Shown here: positions 19,647 to 30,664 of the stretch, in pieces
Position numbering within the stretch: position 1 is the stretch's first letter
How the letters are laid out: each line of letters starts with the position of its first letter
Source: a virus
Strand: one strand, 5' to 3'
DNA length: 64,000 nt
Virus record (IMG/VR): IMGVR_UViG_3300042484_002041
Span: 1 to 64,000 of that record
Notes under the pieces: generated by a model
The model's input: only the letters and a program-made list of their open reading frames with translations
What the model was told of the DNA's origin: nothing
The model's database searches: none
Made by a program: the position numbers and the translations under genes

Positions 19647-20844
19647 GTTGTTTTACATGGGCCTGGAGGCTTACGAGGCTCGATACACACTTCAACTCAC
19701 AGAGTGGAATCGGCGAGTGTTTGATCGCCGTGGACTTGATGTTGTGTACGTGCCTGGATCGGTGATTGACAACACCAAAAGCATCAGTGTAGGCCAGGTG
19801 CTGGATGCACACGGTCGCAGCTATTTCTCATTAAGCCAGATGATGAACTTGGTGCAAATGATGCGCAGTGGTGATGTCACAAACGAAGATGTCATCTACT
19901 TTGAAGACATGTTTCAACCCGGTATCGAAAGCTTGCCCTACATCCTGGATCAAGTTCCGCTCGACATGCGTCCTCGCATTTATGTGCGATGTCTTGCACA
20001 AGCTATTGACCCCGATGATTTTGTTCATGTGTGGGGCATGGCTGGCTGGATGAGCACGTATGAAAAGATGGTTAATGAATTTGTAACCGGTGTGCTTGCT
20101 ACCAACGAGGAAATGGTCGCTCACATGCGTATTGCTGGGTGGAAGGCTCCGATCTACAACATCAGCGGCCTGGCGTTTGGCAAGGAAGAAGTGCTAGAGC
20201 GCATTGGTGGTGCCGAGAATATTGCTCCGTTCAAGTCGAGAGATCTTCGTGTTGGATTTGCTGCACGGTTTGACCAAGAGAAACAACCAGACTTCTTTAT
20301 GGATCTGGCTCAAGAGTATCAATTGGCATACCCGCAAGTCAAGTTTGCTGTTTTTTCAGGTGGGCCGCTGCGCAGCAACAATCCTCGATACATCACCCGT
20401 GCCAGGGCCATGCAGGAACAAGGGCTGCTTGAGATTCACGAGAACCTCGGCAAGAATGATTATTATGCACTGCTGAATAATACTCGAGTACTGTTTAATT
20501 GTGCCTTGCAAGACTGGGTTAGCAACACTGTAAGCGAAGCAGACACTGTAGGATGCAATGTACTGTATCCGGCTTATCGCAGTTTCCCGGAAACGTTTGC
20601 AAACGACCCGGACCGTTTGTATGTGCCGTGGAGTGAGGACGATGCTTTCAACAAGCTTACTAGCCTGCTGCAAAAACCACATCACAACATGGGCCTGATC
20701 TCTGATTGGAACAATGGCACAGTGGATCGCATTGTGGACATCCTTGAGGATAAAGGCCGGGGTGAACAGTGGCGTCGCGTCGGTCCCAGGTATCGGGATC
20801 ATGTTGCGCATGCCAAATATCCTGTGGTCAAGATCGAAGCATGA
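19639..20844 (+). CDS. GT-B (GT4-like) glycosyltransferase
   Basis: FAARFDQEKQP, VSNTVSEA..GC..LYP...SFPE. Confidence 0.8.
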   Translation: MRKLFYMGLEAYEARYTLQLTEWNRRVFDRRGLDVVYVPGSVIDNTKSISVGQVLDAHGRSYFSLSQMMNLVQMMRSGDVTNEDVIYFEDMFQPGIESLPYILDQVPLDMRPRIYVRCLAQAIDPDDFVHVWGMAGWMSTYEKMVNEFVTGVLATNEEMVAHMRIAGWKAPIYNISGLAFGKEEVLERIGGAENIAPFKSRDLRVGFAARFDQEKQPDFFMDLAQEYQLAYPQVKFAVFSGGPLRSNNPRYITRARAMQEQGLLEIHENLGKNDYYALLNNTRVLFNCALQDWVSNTVSEADTVGCNVLYPAYRSFPETFANDPDRLYVPWSEDDAFNKLTSLLQKPHHNMGLISDWNNGTVDRIVDILEDKGRGEQWRRVGPRYRDHVAHAKYPVVKIEA

Positions 20845-21545
20845 AAAATTTTCAAGCCGATCAATTTAAGCAAGAGGTTAATCAGTTACAATACGATGTT
20901 GCCTTAAAGGAATTGTTTGGTAATGATCTTATATTAACTTATGGAATTGGATCGAAGATAATCGGGCCAAGGACAAACACCCCGCGTGAACAATTGATGT
21001 TAAGAAAATTTAGTATGGTACCATTATGGTACCTACGATTCCTTGTTGATGCGGGTCCATCTCGAATAGTTGATATCGGATGTGGTGCGAACTTTTTTAA
21101 ACCAGTGCTTGCAAAATTGTATGGAATCCAAGTGCATGGCATTGATCCAGTTCCTGATAATAAAGCTGCTGATGAGAATAATTATTTTGATTCGGACTTT
21201 AGTAAAGTGCACACAGATGCATATGAGAGTGTGTTTTCGATTGATGCCTTGCACTTTGTGCCCCTAAACGAGTTGACAACTGTGATCAAGGAATTCTATA
21301 ATATTGTTGCGCCCGGGGGACGTGGGTTTTTAGCGTTAAATTCTGCTCGTATGATTGAACTTACCGAACATGAGTGGCTGTTACGCAATTTTAATAGCAT
21401 TGATCCTGATCCGTTGCAAATTCAAGAGTATGTACGTAGTCAATTGTCTACACTTGACATTGATTTTTTAGTAATTGATTTACTGATTGACAAGGTCAGA
21501 GACGAGTACATGGACGGAAATATTAGAATGGTATTTAAAAAATGA
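20841..21545 (+). CDS. Class I SAM methyltransferase
   Basis: VDIGCG, GIDP, APGGRGFL. Confidence 0.8.
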   Translation: MKNFQADQFKQEVNQLQYDVALKELFGNDLILTYGIGSKIIGPRTNTPREQLMLRKFSMVPLWYLRFLVDAGPSRIVDIGCGANFFKPVLAKLYGIQVHGIDPVPDNKAADENNYFDSDFSKVHTDAYESVFSIDALHFVPLNELTTVIKEFYNIVAPGGRGFLALNSARMIELTEHEWLLRNFNSIDPDPLQIQEYVRSQLSTLDIDFLVIDLLIDKVRDEYMDGNIRMVFKK

Positions 21546-22489
21546 ATATAGTAGTTACCGGGGCCGCAGGATACATTGGCGGTGAAATCGCTCTGCGGTT
21601 GAAAGACGCAGGACACACTGTGGTCGGCATTGATCGTCGGCCCTTGCCCGGGTATTTTGACAAAGATGTAATGAGTTTCCTACAGGCCGACTTCGATAGT
21701 GATGTTGCTAAACAACAGTTACTCGAGGCGAGGCCAGATGCTATCATACATTGTGCCGGCACAAGCTTGGTCGGCCCAAGCTTGTCAACTCCGTGCGAGT
21801 ACTATAACAACAATGTAGTCAAGACCATACATCTGTTGGACTTTATGTTGCAAGCAATACCAAAAACTAAGTTTATCTTTAGTTCATCGGCAGCAGTATA
21901 CGGGACACCGATCATGAATCCGTGTCACGAAGTTGATCCACGTGAACCAATTAGTCCATATGGTGAGAGCAAACTCATGGTCGAACAGGTATTAGAAAGT
22001 TATCACAAGGCATACGGTCTCGACTATGTTGCTTTTCGCTACTTCAATGCCTGCGGCGCAGACATGAGTGGTCGTCACGGACAAGAACCCGGGGCCACTC
22101 ATATTATTGCAAGGGTGCTTGAAAGCATTCGAGACAACAAGCCATTTATTTTAAATGGTACAGACTATTCCACAGATGATGGTAGTTGTGTAAGAGATTA
22201 TGTTCATGTGCAAGACATTGCCGATGCGCATGTGAGTGCAGTTTATGACGACATGCCGTCTGGCGTATATAATCTTGGCACAAGCAAGGGTACTAGCAAT
22301 TTAGAAATTATTAATGCAGCTGAACGCATTACTGGAAAAAAATTACAGGTGTCCACGGGCCCGCGCAGATCCGGAGATCCAGATGTACTTACTGCTAGTG
22401 CAGAGAAATTTGGAAGAATCTATAAAGGCTGGCAGAAATTTACTCTTGACGATATGATTTCACACGCCTGGTCCTGGTACAATGTTTGA
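21542..22489 (+). CDS. galE: UDP-glucose 4-epimerase
   Basis: TGAAGYIG, SSSAAVYG, YGESK, RYFNACGA, RDYVHV. Confidence 0.9.
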   Translation: MNIVVTGAAGYIGGEIALRLKDAGHTVVGIDRRPLPGYFDKDVMSFLQADFDSDVAKQQLLEARPDAIIHCAGTSLVGPSLSTPCEYYNNNVVKTIHLLDFMLQAIPKTKFIFSSSAAVYGTPIMNPCHEVDPREPISPYGESKLMVEQVLESYHKAYGLDYVAFRYFNACGADMSGRHGQEPGATHIIARVLESIRDNKPFILNGTDYSTDDGSCVRDYVHVQDIADAHVSAVYDDMPSGVYNLGTSKGTSNLEIINAAERITGKKLQVSTGPRRSGDPDVLTASAEKFGRIYKGWQKFTLDDMISHAWSWYNV

Positions 22490-23060
22490 CAGTCTGTTCC
22501 GTTTTGAACATGAACTAGCCGAGTACACAGGTGCACCTTATGTAGTGGTAACTGACGGGTGCACCCACGCCATTGAGCTAGCTATGAGATGGTATCAGGT
22601 CAGGCAGTGTGAATTCACTGCCCGAACCTATATTAGTGTACCACAATGCCTGACTAACTCGGGGATTGAATATACCCTAACTGATGAAGCGTGGCAGGGC
22701 GAATACCAATTCCATGGTACAAACATCTGGGATTCGGCCCGTCGGCTTGAACCCGGAATGTACCGCACGGGTCAAGTGCAATGTTTGAGCTTTGGGCACA
22801 GCAAGCCCATGAATATTGGTAAATGCGGAGCTATCTTGCTTGACGACAAGCCAGCATACTCCCAGTTGAGTCGTATGCGCAGCGATGGTCGAGATCTTAA
22901 AATTCATCCTTGGCAAGCCCAAATAACATTCGGCCCCGGGTGGCACTATTGCCCGACCCTAGAAGATTGTGAGCGGGGGAGTAAGTTACTGCCAACCATT
23001 CAGCCACAATCTCAGCAAGCGGGTTATCCGGACTTGCGGCAAATTAATTTTGTTAGTTGA
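22482..23060 (+). CDS. Short DegT/DnrJ-family PLP aminotransferase-like protein
   Basis: GCTHAI, WDSA, SFGHSKP (PLP Lys); only 192 aa. Confidence 0.7.
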   Translation: MFDSLFRFEHELAEYTGAPYVVVTDGCTHAIELAMRWYQVRQCEFTARTYISVPQCLTNSGIEYTLTDEAWQGEYQFHGTNIWDSARRLEPGMYRTGQVQCLSFGHSKPMNIGKCGAILLDDKPAYSQLSRMRSDGRDLKIHPWQAQITFGPGWHYCPTLEDCERGSKLLPTIQPQSQQAGYPDLRQINFVS

Positions 23061-23118
23061 CAGCAATCTAAATAACCTGTATAATAGATACATTCCTACC
23101 CTTAACCAACAAACATAT

Positions 23119-23814
23119 ATGACCCAACTAGAACGCAATCTATCCCAAGTAATTCGAGACCGCATCAACGCAGCCGGCGCCCGTTTTCACAGCAATGACA
23201 ACATTGCCGAGTTTGTTCACGAAGGTGAACTTGAAGGCCTTGTTGATGAAGTTGCTGCAAAAATGCAAGGTGTTCTTGACTCACTGGTGATTGACACTGA
23301 AAACGATCACAACACACACGACACTGCCAGGCGTGTGGCCAAGATGTTTGTGAAGGAAACGTTTAGCGGTCGCTATCGTCCAGTGCCCAAGATCACTGCT
23401 TTCCCTAACATGGGCTATAAGAGCTTGTACACCACAGGGCCTATTTCTATTCGCAGCACTTGTGCTCACCACTTTCAAAACATTGTGGGTAGCTGCTGGG
23501 TCGGGATTGTGCCCGACACCGAAGTGATTGGGTTGAGCAAGTTCAACCGTTTGGTACATCATATTTGTGAACGTCCTCAAATTCAAGAGGAGATGACCAC
23601 ACAAATTGCCGATGCATTAAAACAATACGCCAAGACTGATAACATTGCTATTGTGGTCAAAGCAGAACATTTTTGTATGACACAGCGCGGCGTGCGGGAA
23701 CACTCAAGTGATATGACCACAGCAATCATGATGGGTGCATTTGAGAAGGATCCTGCATTGAAGAAAGAATTTTACGACATCTGCTTGAGCATGAAAGGCC
23801 ACAGCGGTAACTAA
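23119..23814 (+). CDS. folE: GTP cyclohydrolase I
   Basis: TARRVAK, STCAHH, IGLSK, RPQIQE, HFCMTQRG. Confidence 0.95.
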   Translation: MTQLERNLSQVIRDRINAAGARFHSNDNIAEFVHEGELEGLVDEVAAKMQGVLDSLVIDTENDHNTHDTARRVAKMFVKETFSGRYRPVPKITAFPNMGYKSLYTTGPISIRSTCAHHFQNIVGSCWVGIVPDTEVIGLSKFNRLVHHICERPQIQEEMTTQIADALKQYAKTDNIAIVVKAEHFCMTQRGVREHSSDMTTAIMMGAFEKDPALKKEFYDICLSMKGHSGN

Positions 23815-23899
23815 TCATGGAAACTGTGATTAGGCTTGAGCGGGCTTGTGTAATCTAGATGTAGTGTGTTTAATAGATAAATTAGCAGGAGAGAACAAC

Positions 23900-24382
23900 A
23901 TGGCAAAAAAATATTTTAGTACAAAAACGTACAAGCAAATTGGTCCAGTCGCATACCGGCAATGGAGAGCAGATAGCCACTGCAATCTAATTCACGGATA
24001 CGCAATGAGCTTTCACTTTGAGTTCGAATGCGACACCCTGGACGCACGTAACTGGTGTACTGACTTTGGTGGGCTCAAGCCCTTAAAGGCCGAACTTGAA
24101 AACTGGTTTGACCATACCTTGTTGGTTGCACAGGACGATCCCATGCGTGAACACTTGTTAGAACTTGGTAGACTCAAACTGGCCAAGATCACAGAAGTGG
24201 AAAAGACCGGATGTGAGGGCCTTGCTGACTTTTTATATGAGTATGTTAACACCATCTTCCTGCCAAACTGCGGCAGCGCAGAGGCTGCACGAGTCTGGTG
24301 CTGCAAGGTCGAGGTTCGTGAAACTGACAGCAACATGGCCGGTCGGCAAGGACATCGAGAAGACAACGAGTTTGTTAATTAA
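23900..24382 (+). CDS. queD: 6-carboxy-5,6,7,8-tetrahydropterin synthase
   Basis: HCNLIHGY, DFGGLK, FDH, VRET. Confidence 0.85.
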   Translation: MAKKYFSTKTYKQIGPVAYRQWRADSHCNLIHGYAMSFHFEFECDTLDARNWCTDFGGLKPLKAELENWFDHTLLVAQDDPMREHLLELGRLKLAKITEVEKTGCEGLADFLYEYVNTIFLPNCGSAEAARVWCCKVEVRETDSNMAGRQGHREDNEFVN

Positions 24383-24391
24383 AGCGTACAC

Positions 24392-25213
24392 ATGAGTTTG
24401 GATAACGCATTACCCGGTATCAGTATTCTATTGCCCAGCCGGGGCCGAACTGAACAGCTGAAACGCAGTGTCGAAAGCTTGATTGACCTAGCACAGGCGC
24501 CTGCAGACATCCAGTGGTGTTTTGGTTTTGATCATGACGACTCGGAAAGTTTTGTATACTTTCAATCCTATGTGCTGCCTAAGATTCAGGAGTCTGGTGC
24601 AAAGTATACCTGCCTTGGCTTTGAGCCAATGGGATATGCTCGGCTGCACGAATATGTGAACCAACTTGCGCACACCAGCACAGGCAAGTGGATGGTGTTT
24701 TGGAATGATGACGCAATAATGCGTACCGCAAATTGGGACACAACGATCAAAAGTCAAGGTGACCGTTTTTGTTTGCAAGCCTTTGAAACACATAAAAAAC
24801 ATCCTTATAGCATTTTCCCTATTGTGCCTCGCAAATGGCTTGAACTGATCGGGCACTTTAGCCAACACCAACTGAACGATGCATGGGTAAGTCAGGTAGC
24901 CTGGCTATTAGACATCATGGTTAAAATTGATGTACATGTGGACCACGAACGATACGACCTTACCGGAAAAAACAACGACGCTACCTTCAGAAAGAGAATT
25001 GTGTTTGAAGGGAAACCATCAGATCCAAGAGATTTTAATTATGTGACGCGTCGTCAACAACGGTTAACAGAAGCCCAAACAATCGGGAATTATCTCATAT
25101 CACAGGGATATGATATGAGCTATTGGACGAGTGTGGCACAAGGAAAACAACTGCCCTGGGATCGTATGATAGCTGCAGATGTGAACAAACATCTGTCGAC
25201 CCCGTCGATGTAA
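24392..25213 (+). CDS. GT-A (GT2-like) glycosyltransferase
   Basis: SILLPSRGR, FWNDD. Confidence 0.8.
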   Translation: MSLDNALPGISILLPSRGRTEQLKRSVESLIDLAQAPADIQWCFGFDHDDSESFVYFQSYVLPKIQESGAKYTCLGFEPMGYARLHEYVNQLAHTSTGKWMVFWNDDAIMRTANWDTTIKSQGDRFCLQAFETHKKHPYSIFPIVPRKWLELIGHFSQHQLNDAWVSQVAWLLDIMVKIDVHVDHERYDLTGKNNDATFRKRIVFEGKPSDPRDFNYVTRRQQRLTEAQTIGNYLISQGYDMSYWTSVAQGKQLPWDRMIAADVNKHLSTPSM

Positions 25214-25225
25214 TATAAGTACATT

Positions 25226-26176
25226 ATGAAGAAAATTGTCTACGTGACCGGATGCTTGGGGTTTATAGGATCACACGTGACACGGCAATGTTTGGATCGT
25301 GGATGGTATGTGATTGGAGTTGATAGTTGTACTTACGCCAGTAATTGTAATTTCATGTCTGAGTTTGAAACGTGGCCCACGTTTAAATTTATCAAATCTG
25401 ATATCAATGATCTAGACCGATTGGTTGACTGCGACTATGTTATTAACACGGCTGCAGAAACACATGTAGATAACTCCATCATGAGCTCGGAAGTTTTCAT
25501 CCGCAGCAACATCAACGGGGTGCATCATTTACTGGAACTAATCAAGCAACAACCCAGTCACAAAGCGCCAGTGTTTTTGCAATTTAGTACCGATGAGGTT
25601 TATGGAGATATCGAGTCAGGAGCCCATACTGAACAAGATATGTTGCGGCCCTCAAATCCGTATTCGGCATCAAAGGCCGCTGCTGACATGTTGGTATTGG
25701 CGTGGAACAGAACCTTTGGTATCAAGTACATTATAGTGCGCCCAACCAACAACTATGGCATTGGACAGTATGTAGAGAAACTGATTCCAAAGTCGATCAA
25801 GTATCTTGAACTTGGCAGGAAAATTGATTTGCACGATCATGGTAGACCTGTGCGTACTTGGTTGCATGCCAAAGACACTGCTTGTGCAGTAATATCTATT
25901 ATCGATGCTGGATGTACCAATGAGATATTCAATATCAGTGGCAATACCGAATTACCCAATTGCGAAGTAATTAAAAAAATACTACATCTATATTACGGAG
26001 TTGATCACAACAGCAATTGGGAAACATTTACCACGCCTAGTGCCAGACAAGGACAGGATGTGCGCTACGCTATCGATGACAGCAAATTAAAAAAATTAGG
26101 TTGGGCACCAGAGGCCAAGTTCGACCAAGAACTAGAACAAATAGTCGAGAATTATAGGAATAATTTTGTATGGTAA
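25226..26176 (+). CDS. rfbB: dTDP-glucose 4,6-dehydratase
   Basis: TG..GFIG, AAETHVDNS, STDEVYG, YSASK, NNYG. Confidence 0.9.
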   Translation: MKKIVYVTGCLGFIGSHVTRQCLDRGWYVIGVDSCTYASNCNFMSEFETWPTFKFIKSDINDLDRLVDCDYVINTAAETHVDNSIMSSEVFIRSNINGVHHLLELIKQQPSHKAPVFLQFSTDEVYGDIESGAHTEQDMLRPSNPYSASKAAADMLVLAWNRTFGIKYIIVRPTNNYGIGQYVEKLIPKSIKYLELGRKIDLHDHGRPVRTWLHAKDTACAVISIIDAGCTNEIFNISGNTELPNCEVIKKILHLYYGVDHNSNWETFTTPSARQGQDVRYAIDDSKLKKLGWAPEAKFDQELEQIVENYRNNFVW

Positions 26177-26895
26177 AGAACTATCTAGTATGTTCAGTTC
26201 GCCCTATATCAGAAAATTGGATGGGCAATGATAGTTCACAATTATATTTAGACTATCAAGAAATGTATCGTTTAAGACTGGCTAGTTTTGAACACTTTGT
26301 AAAAGAACCGTTTGAAACAATATTGTGGACTGATCCTGCTACCAACGGCGATACCTGTGCATATCAAAATTGGTTGGACATTAAAGAATTATGGAATCGT
26401 GAATCTTGTAACGTATTCTGGGCCGGTGCCGACACACTTATGATTCAGCCTACAGAATTATTTTCAGATAGATTTACTGAATATCGATTGTTCAATTATA
26501 CTGATCCAAAAAGTTATAGAGATTTTGCACACTATTTTAATGATGATATACAATATTATCCACATACCATGTCAGACGATGTATGGAAACTTGGAGAAGA
26601 GTGGTTGACTCAAAGAGAAACCCACCCAGACCGTAATTGGGGTTTTGACCAGCTAAGACACAATGCCATGTTCTGGAACCAAGATATTGATGAGTCCGAC
26701 ATACTGCATCCAGAGATGGCCTATCAAGCAATGAATTTAAGAGTCCTGGCCCAAAATGTAATAGATTGGCATAATGACTGGAACCGTATATCTATAAATC
26801 AAGCTCACATATTACATTTTCATGGCAGTCGTGGTAGTCAAGCTGTAATAAACATTATGAGAGAAATGTGCAATCAACTTGCAATTAAAATATGA
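26170..26895 (+). CDS. Nucleotide-diphospho-sugar transferase-like protein
   Basis: WAGADT, DQ..HN, ILHFHG. Confidence 0.55.
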   Translation: MVKNYLVCSVRPISENWMGNDSSQLYLDYQEMYRLRLASFEHFVKEPFETILWTDPATNGDTCAYQNWLDIKELWNRESCNVFWAGADTLMIQPTELFSDRFTEYRLFNYTDPKSYRDFAHYFNDDIQYYPHTMSDDVWKLGEEWLTQRETHPDRNWGFDQLRHNAMFWNQDIDESDILHPEMAYQAMNLRVLAQNVIDWHNDWNRISINQAHILHFHGSRGSQAVINIMREMCNQLAIKI

Positions 26896-28214
26896 AACAA
26901 ATATTAGAAGACATTAAAAAATATATTGATAATAAACAAGCAGACAAAACCTGGGTAGCCGGTAAAGACTTTGTAAACTATGCAGGGCCTCATTTTGACT
27001 CTTCGGAGTATGTGGCAGCAGCAGAAGTACTGCTCGACGGCTGGCTTGTTATGGGTAACAAAAGTCTAGAGTTTGAGCGCAAATTTCCAAAAGAGTTTGG
27101 GAAGACTCGCGGAGTATTAACCAACTCCGGGAGCAGCGCCAACCTGCTCATGATGACAGCAATGAAGTCCAAGCGCGGATACAACTTCCCGGCAGGAACC
27201 AAGGTGCTGATGCCTATTGCAGGATTCCCTACAACGTTGAATCCGACCATTCAAAACAATTTCACACCTGTGTTTTGTGACATTGAAATTGATACTCTGA
27301 ACATTGACTTGGATCAAGCAGAACAGATTCTTGCAACTGATACAGATATCAAAATTATCACGTTTGCTCATGTGCTAGGCAACCCCCCCAACATGGATCG
27401 TGTTATGGACCTGGTCCGCAAGCACTCGCTTGTACTGCTAGAGGACTGCTGTGATGGCTTAGGCACAACATACGACGGTCAACCCTTGGGCAGTTTTGGC
27501 GAGATGGCAAGTTGTAGTTTTTATCCGGCACATCACATGACCATGGGCGAAGGTGGCTTTGTAGCCATGAACGACGCCCATCAAGAAGTCATTGTTCGTT
27601 CCTTACGTGAATGGGGTCGTGGATGCTACTGTGTTGGCCCCGATGCCAACAAGTTAAAATGTGGTACTTGTAACAAACGTTTCAACGAGTGGATCCCTGA
27701 GATGCCGGGCGTAATATTTGACCACAAGTATGTGTACGACGAGATTGGTTACAACTTAAAACCCATTGAGCTGCAGGCTGCTATGGGCCTAGAACAGATC
27801 AAGAAGCTGCCAGAAATTCACACACTACGCCAACGCAACTACGAGCTGCTGTTTGCAATTTATGAAAAGTATGAAGAGTTCTTCCACCTGCCCCGTGCTC
27901 AGGACAAAGCAGACGTAAGTTGGTTTGCGTTTCCTCTTACCATTAGAGCAGGTGCGCCGTTTACACGCATGGACATTGTGGATTACCTTGAAGAAAATCT
28001 AATTCAAACCCGTCCCTACTTTGCCGGCAACATCATGTTACAGCCTGCCTACAGCCACTTGATGAATCCTGCAGACGCACGTGACAACTATCCTGTGGCT
28101 ACACTCACAATGAAAAACACATTCTTCCACGGTTGCAGTCCTGTTATTACACCGGAACAGATTGAGTACATTGGTGAGCAGGTAGATGGGTTTATGAGTT
28201 TATTTGGAGTTTAA
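26892..28214 (+). CDS. rfbH: CDP-4-keto-6-deoxyglucose 3-dehydrase (RfbH/DdhC/E1)
   Basis: SFYPAHHMTMGEGG (His in place of Lys), EDCCD, WGRGCYC, DHKY. Confidence 0.9.
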   Translation: MKQILEDIKKYIDNKQADKTWVAGKDFVNYAGPHFDSSEYVAAAEVLLDGWLVMGNKSLEFERKFPKEFGKTRGVLTNSGSSANLLMMTAMKSKRGYNFPAGTKVLMPIAGFPTTLNPTIQNNFTPVFCDIEIDTLNIDLDQAEQILATDTDIKIITFAHVLGNPPNMDRVMDLVRKHSLVLLEDCCDGLGTTYDGQPLGSFGEMASCSFYPAHHMTMGEGGFVAMNDAHQEVIVRSLREWGRGCYCVGPDANKLKCGTCNKRFNEWIPEMPGVIFDHKYVYDEIGYNLKPIELQAAMGLEQIKKLPEIHTLRQRNYELLFAIYEKYEEFFHLPRAQDKADVSWFAFPLTIRAGAPFTRMDIVDYLEENLIQTRPYFAGNIMLQPAYSHLMNPADARDNYPVATLTMKNTFFHGCSPVITPEQIEYIGEQVDGFMSLFGV

Positions 28215-28215
28215 T

Positions 28216-29226
28216 ATGAGAGTATGCGATTGGATAGCAGATTATCTTTATAATTTAGGCATTAAAAATGTCCATGGGCTCATGGGTGGAGGCGCTAGCG
28301 GATTAAATGATGGGTTTATTAAGAATGGTAAAATAAACTATATCTGTTATCATAACGAACAAGGTGCTGGGCACAGTGCAGTTGGAGAAGCAAAATTTAC
28401 TGGCCAATTAGCGGTTGTGAATCCCACCACTGGATGTGCTGGCACTAATTGCACTACTAGTGTATTGGATGCCTGGCAAGATAGTGTTCCTGTTTTATTT
28501 TTAAGTGGCAATGTAAAGCTCAATACCTGTAGTGGGTGGATTAATCAAACTCAGGGGATTAATTTGCGCAAATATGGTGTTCAAGAGCATCATATTGTTG
28601 ATACAGTAAAATCAATTACTAAAATGTCGTACTTTATAACTTCTCCAGATGAAGTTGCCAAAGTTATTCAAGAAGCAATGTATGTTGCTACTACAGGGCG
28701 GCCCGGTCCTGTATGGATTGATATTCCAGGTAATATTCAGACTTCGCCTATGCCCGCTGAGTTTGAAACATTTAATATACCAGAACAAACACAGTCACAG
28801 GTTGATATAAAATCAGTAATTGATGCATTAGAGCAGAGTCAGCGTCCATTGGTTGTTGCAGGGGATGGCATACGACAATCACGCACAGTGAATTATTTTG
28901 TTAGATTTGTTGAAAAGTATCAACTTCCGTTTGTTACTACCTATGGTGGGCGAGATATAACTTCCAATGATTATTCTCTGAATGTTGGTCCTATTGGTGT
29001 TCGTGGTAGCCGAGCAGGAAATTTTGCTTTACAAAATGCCGACTTGTTATTGATACTTGGTACCAGTCTTAGTAGCGGTGTCGTGGGCTATGACCCAGCA
29101 CAGTTTAGTCCATTTAGTTATAAAATTGTTGTTGATTGCGATTCTAATGAGTTAGAAAAAAATATTATACACATGGATCAAAAACATCAACTTGACTTGC
29201 AAGATTTTTTTGGAGCGATGCTATGA
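28216..29226 (+). CDS. ThDP-dependent acetolactate-synthase-like enzyme, N-terminal/central half
   Basis: HNEQGAG, AWQDSVP, GRPGPVWIDIP. Confidence 0.85.
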   Translation: MRVCDWIADYLYNLGIKNVHGLMGGGASGLNDGFIKNGKINYICYHNEQGAGHSAVGEAKFTGQLAVVNPTTGCAGTNCTTSVLDAWQDSVPVLFLSGNVKLNTCSGWINQTQGINLRKYGVQEHHIVDTVKSITKMSYFITSPDEVAKVIQEAMYVATTGRPGPVWIDIPGNIQTSPMPAEFETFNIPEQTQSQVDIKSVIDALEQSQRPLVVAGDGIRQSRTVNYFVRFVEKYQLPFVTTYGGRDITSNDYSLNVGPIGVRGSRAGNFALQNADLLLILGTSLSSGVVGYDPAQFSPFSYKIVVDCDSNELEKNIIHMDQKHQLDLQDFFGAML

Positions 29227-29975
29227 CAAGAACACAATGGATTAAAAGTTGTCAACGTTGGAAAGCAAAATGGCCGATTATACAACAAGAATATCTTCCG
29301 CAACCAGAAGATCAGGCACTTAATATCTATGCTGTGTTGCATGCTATTAATCAACATAGCACAGCCAATGATATTCTCATGGGCGATGGCGGCAGTATAG
29401 GATACGCAGGCCCTACAGCAATGAATGCCAAGCAAGGACAAAGAATAATTTTAAATCTTGCGCAAGGTGAAATGGGATGGGCATTGCCGGCATCTATAGG
29501 TGTATCAATGTCTAGTAATCAACCAGTTATTGCAACCATGGGCGATGGTAGTTTTATGTTAAACATGCAAGAACTTGCCACAGTAAAACAACATAATCTA
29601 AACATCAAATATGTTGTTATGAATAACCGGGGTTACCTAAGCATTAAAAATACACAGAACAAATACTTTGGCGGTCGTGTGTATGGCACAAGTTCTGAAA
29701 CTGGACTTTGGTTTCCTGATTTTGCCAATGTTGCTCAGGCATTTAAAATTGGGTATGCAAAAGTTTCCACTAAAAAAGATCTTGACAATATAAAAGTATT
29801 GTTATCGACTCTGGGCCCAATGATTATTGACTGCACTTGTTTATCTGAGCAAGAAATTATGCCTGGACAAGCTCTTAAAAATGGGCATCAAGCAGCATTA
29901 CATGATATGTATCCGTTTCTAAGTGACAAAGAGATGCAAGAAGAAATTATTAACAAAAAATTGTTAGACCTATGA
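29223..29975 (+). CDS. ThDP-dependent enzyme, C-terminal half
   Basis: MGWALPA, GDGSF...NN ThDP motif. Confidence 0.85.
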   Translation: MTRTQWIKSCQRWKAKWPIIQQEYLPQPEDQALNIYAVLHAINQHSTANDILMGDGGSIGYAGPTAMNAKQGQRIILNLAQGEMGWALPASIGVSMSSNQPVIATMGDGSFMLNMQELATVKQHNLNIKYVVMNNRGYLSIKNTQNKYFGGRVYGTSSETGLWFPDFANVAQAFKIGYAKVSTKKDLDNIKVLLSTLGPMIIDCTCLSEQEIMPGQALKNGHQAALHDMYPFLSDKEMQEEIINKKLLDL

Positions 29976-30664
29976 CAAATTCTATGACAAATTCTACATG
30001 CAAAACAAACCCAACGTTACAAGACCTAATTGAAGTAAGAGAATCTAGTTACCCTGAACTGGGAACATTATGGTGGCCCAGTTACGATCGAGGAATGTGG
30101 GATTACATGCACCAGTATCGCCTGGCACCAGAATTTTTTGATACGTTAATGACGCATGTCACTGGCAATGGTATCGTAGTGCAAGCCGGTGGCAACTGCG
30201 GACAGTATGTAAGACAGTTCAGTCAACGTTTTGATACTGTATATACATTCGAACCAGATCCAATAAATTTTTTATGTTTGACTTTGAACTGCGGTGACAA
30301 TGTGATAAAAACACAGGCCTGTGTGGGCAATGAAAGAAAATTTGTAAACGTAAGCAAAGATAATGATTCGGGCGCTATTCATGTAAGCGGTACGGGTAAT
30401 GTACCTACAGTAATCATTGATGACCTAAATTTACCGGCCTGTGATTTGATACAGTTAGACATTGAAGGTTACGAATATTTTGCATTGTTGGGAGCTCAAC
30501 GTACCATTGAAAAATATCATCCTTTGCTCATGTTAGAATGGTGCGAGCCGTGGGCTAGACGATATGGAACTGATGAAAAAATGCGAGATAATTTTTTTAG
30601 TGATCTAGGATATTGTCAAATTATAAAACAAGATACTGATATTATTTACAAATACCAACCATGA
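29972..30664 (+). CDS. FkbM-family methyltransferase
   Basis: QAGGNCG, FEP, LDIEGYE. Confidence 0.85.
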   Translation: MTNSMTNSTCKTNPTLQDLIEVRESSYPELGTLWWPSYDRGMWDYMHQYRLAPEFFDTLMTHVTGNGIVVQAGGNCGQYVRQFSQRFDTVYTFEPDPINFLCLTLNCGDNVIKTQACVGNERKFVNVSKDNDSGAIHVSGTGNVPTVIIDDLNLPACDLIQLDIEGYEYFALLGAQRTIEKYHPLLMLEWCEPWARRYGTDEKMRDNFFSDLGYCQIIKQDTDIIYKYQP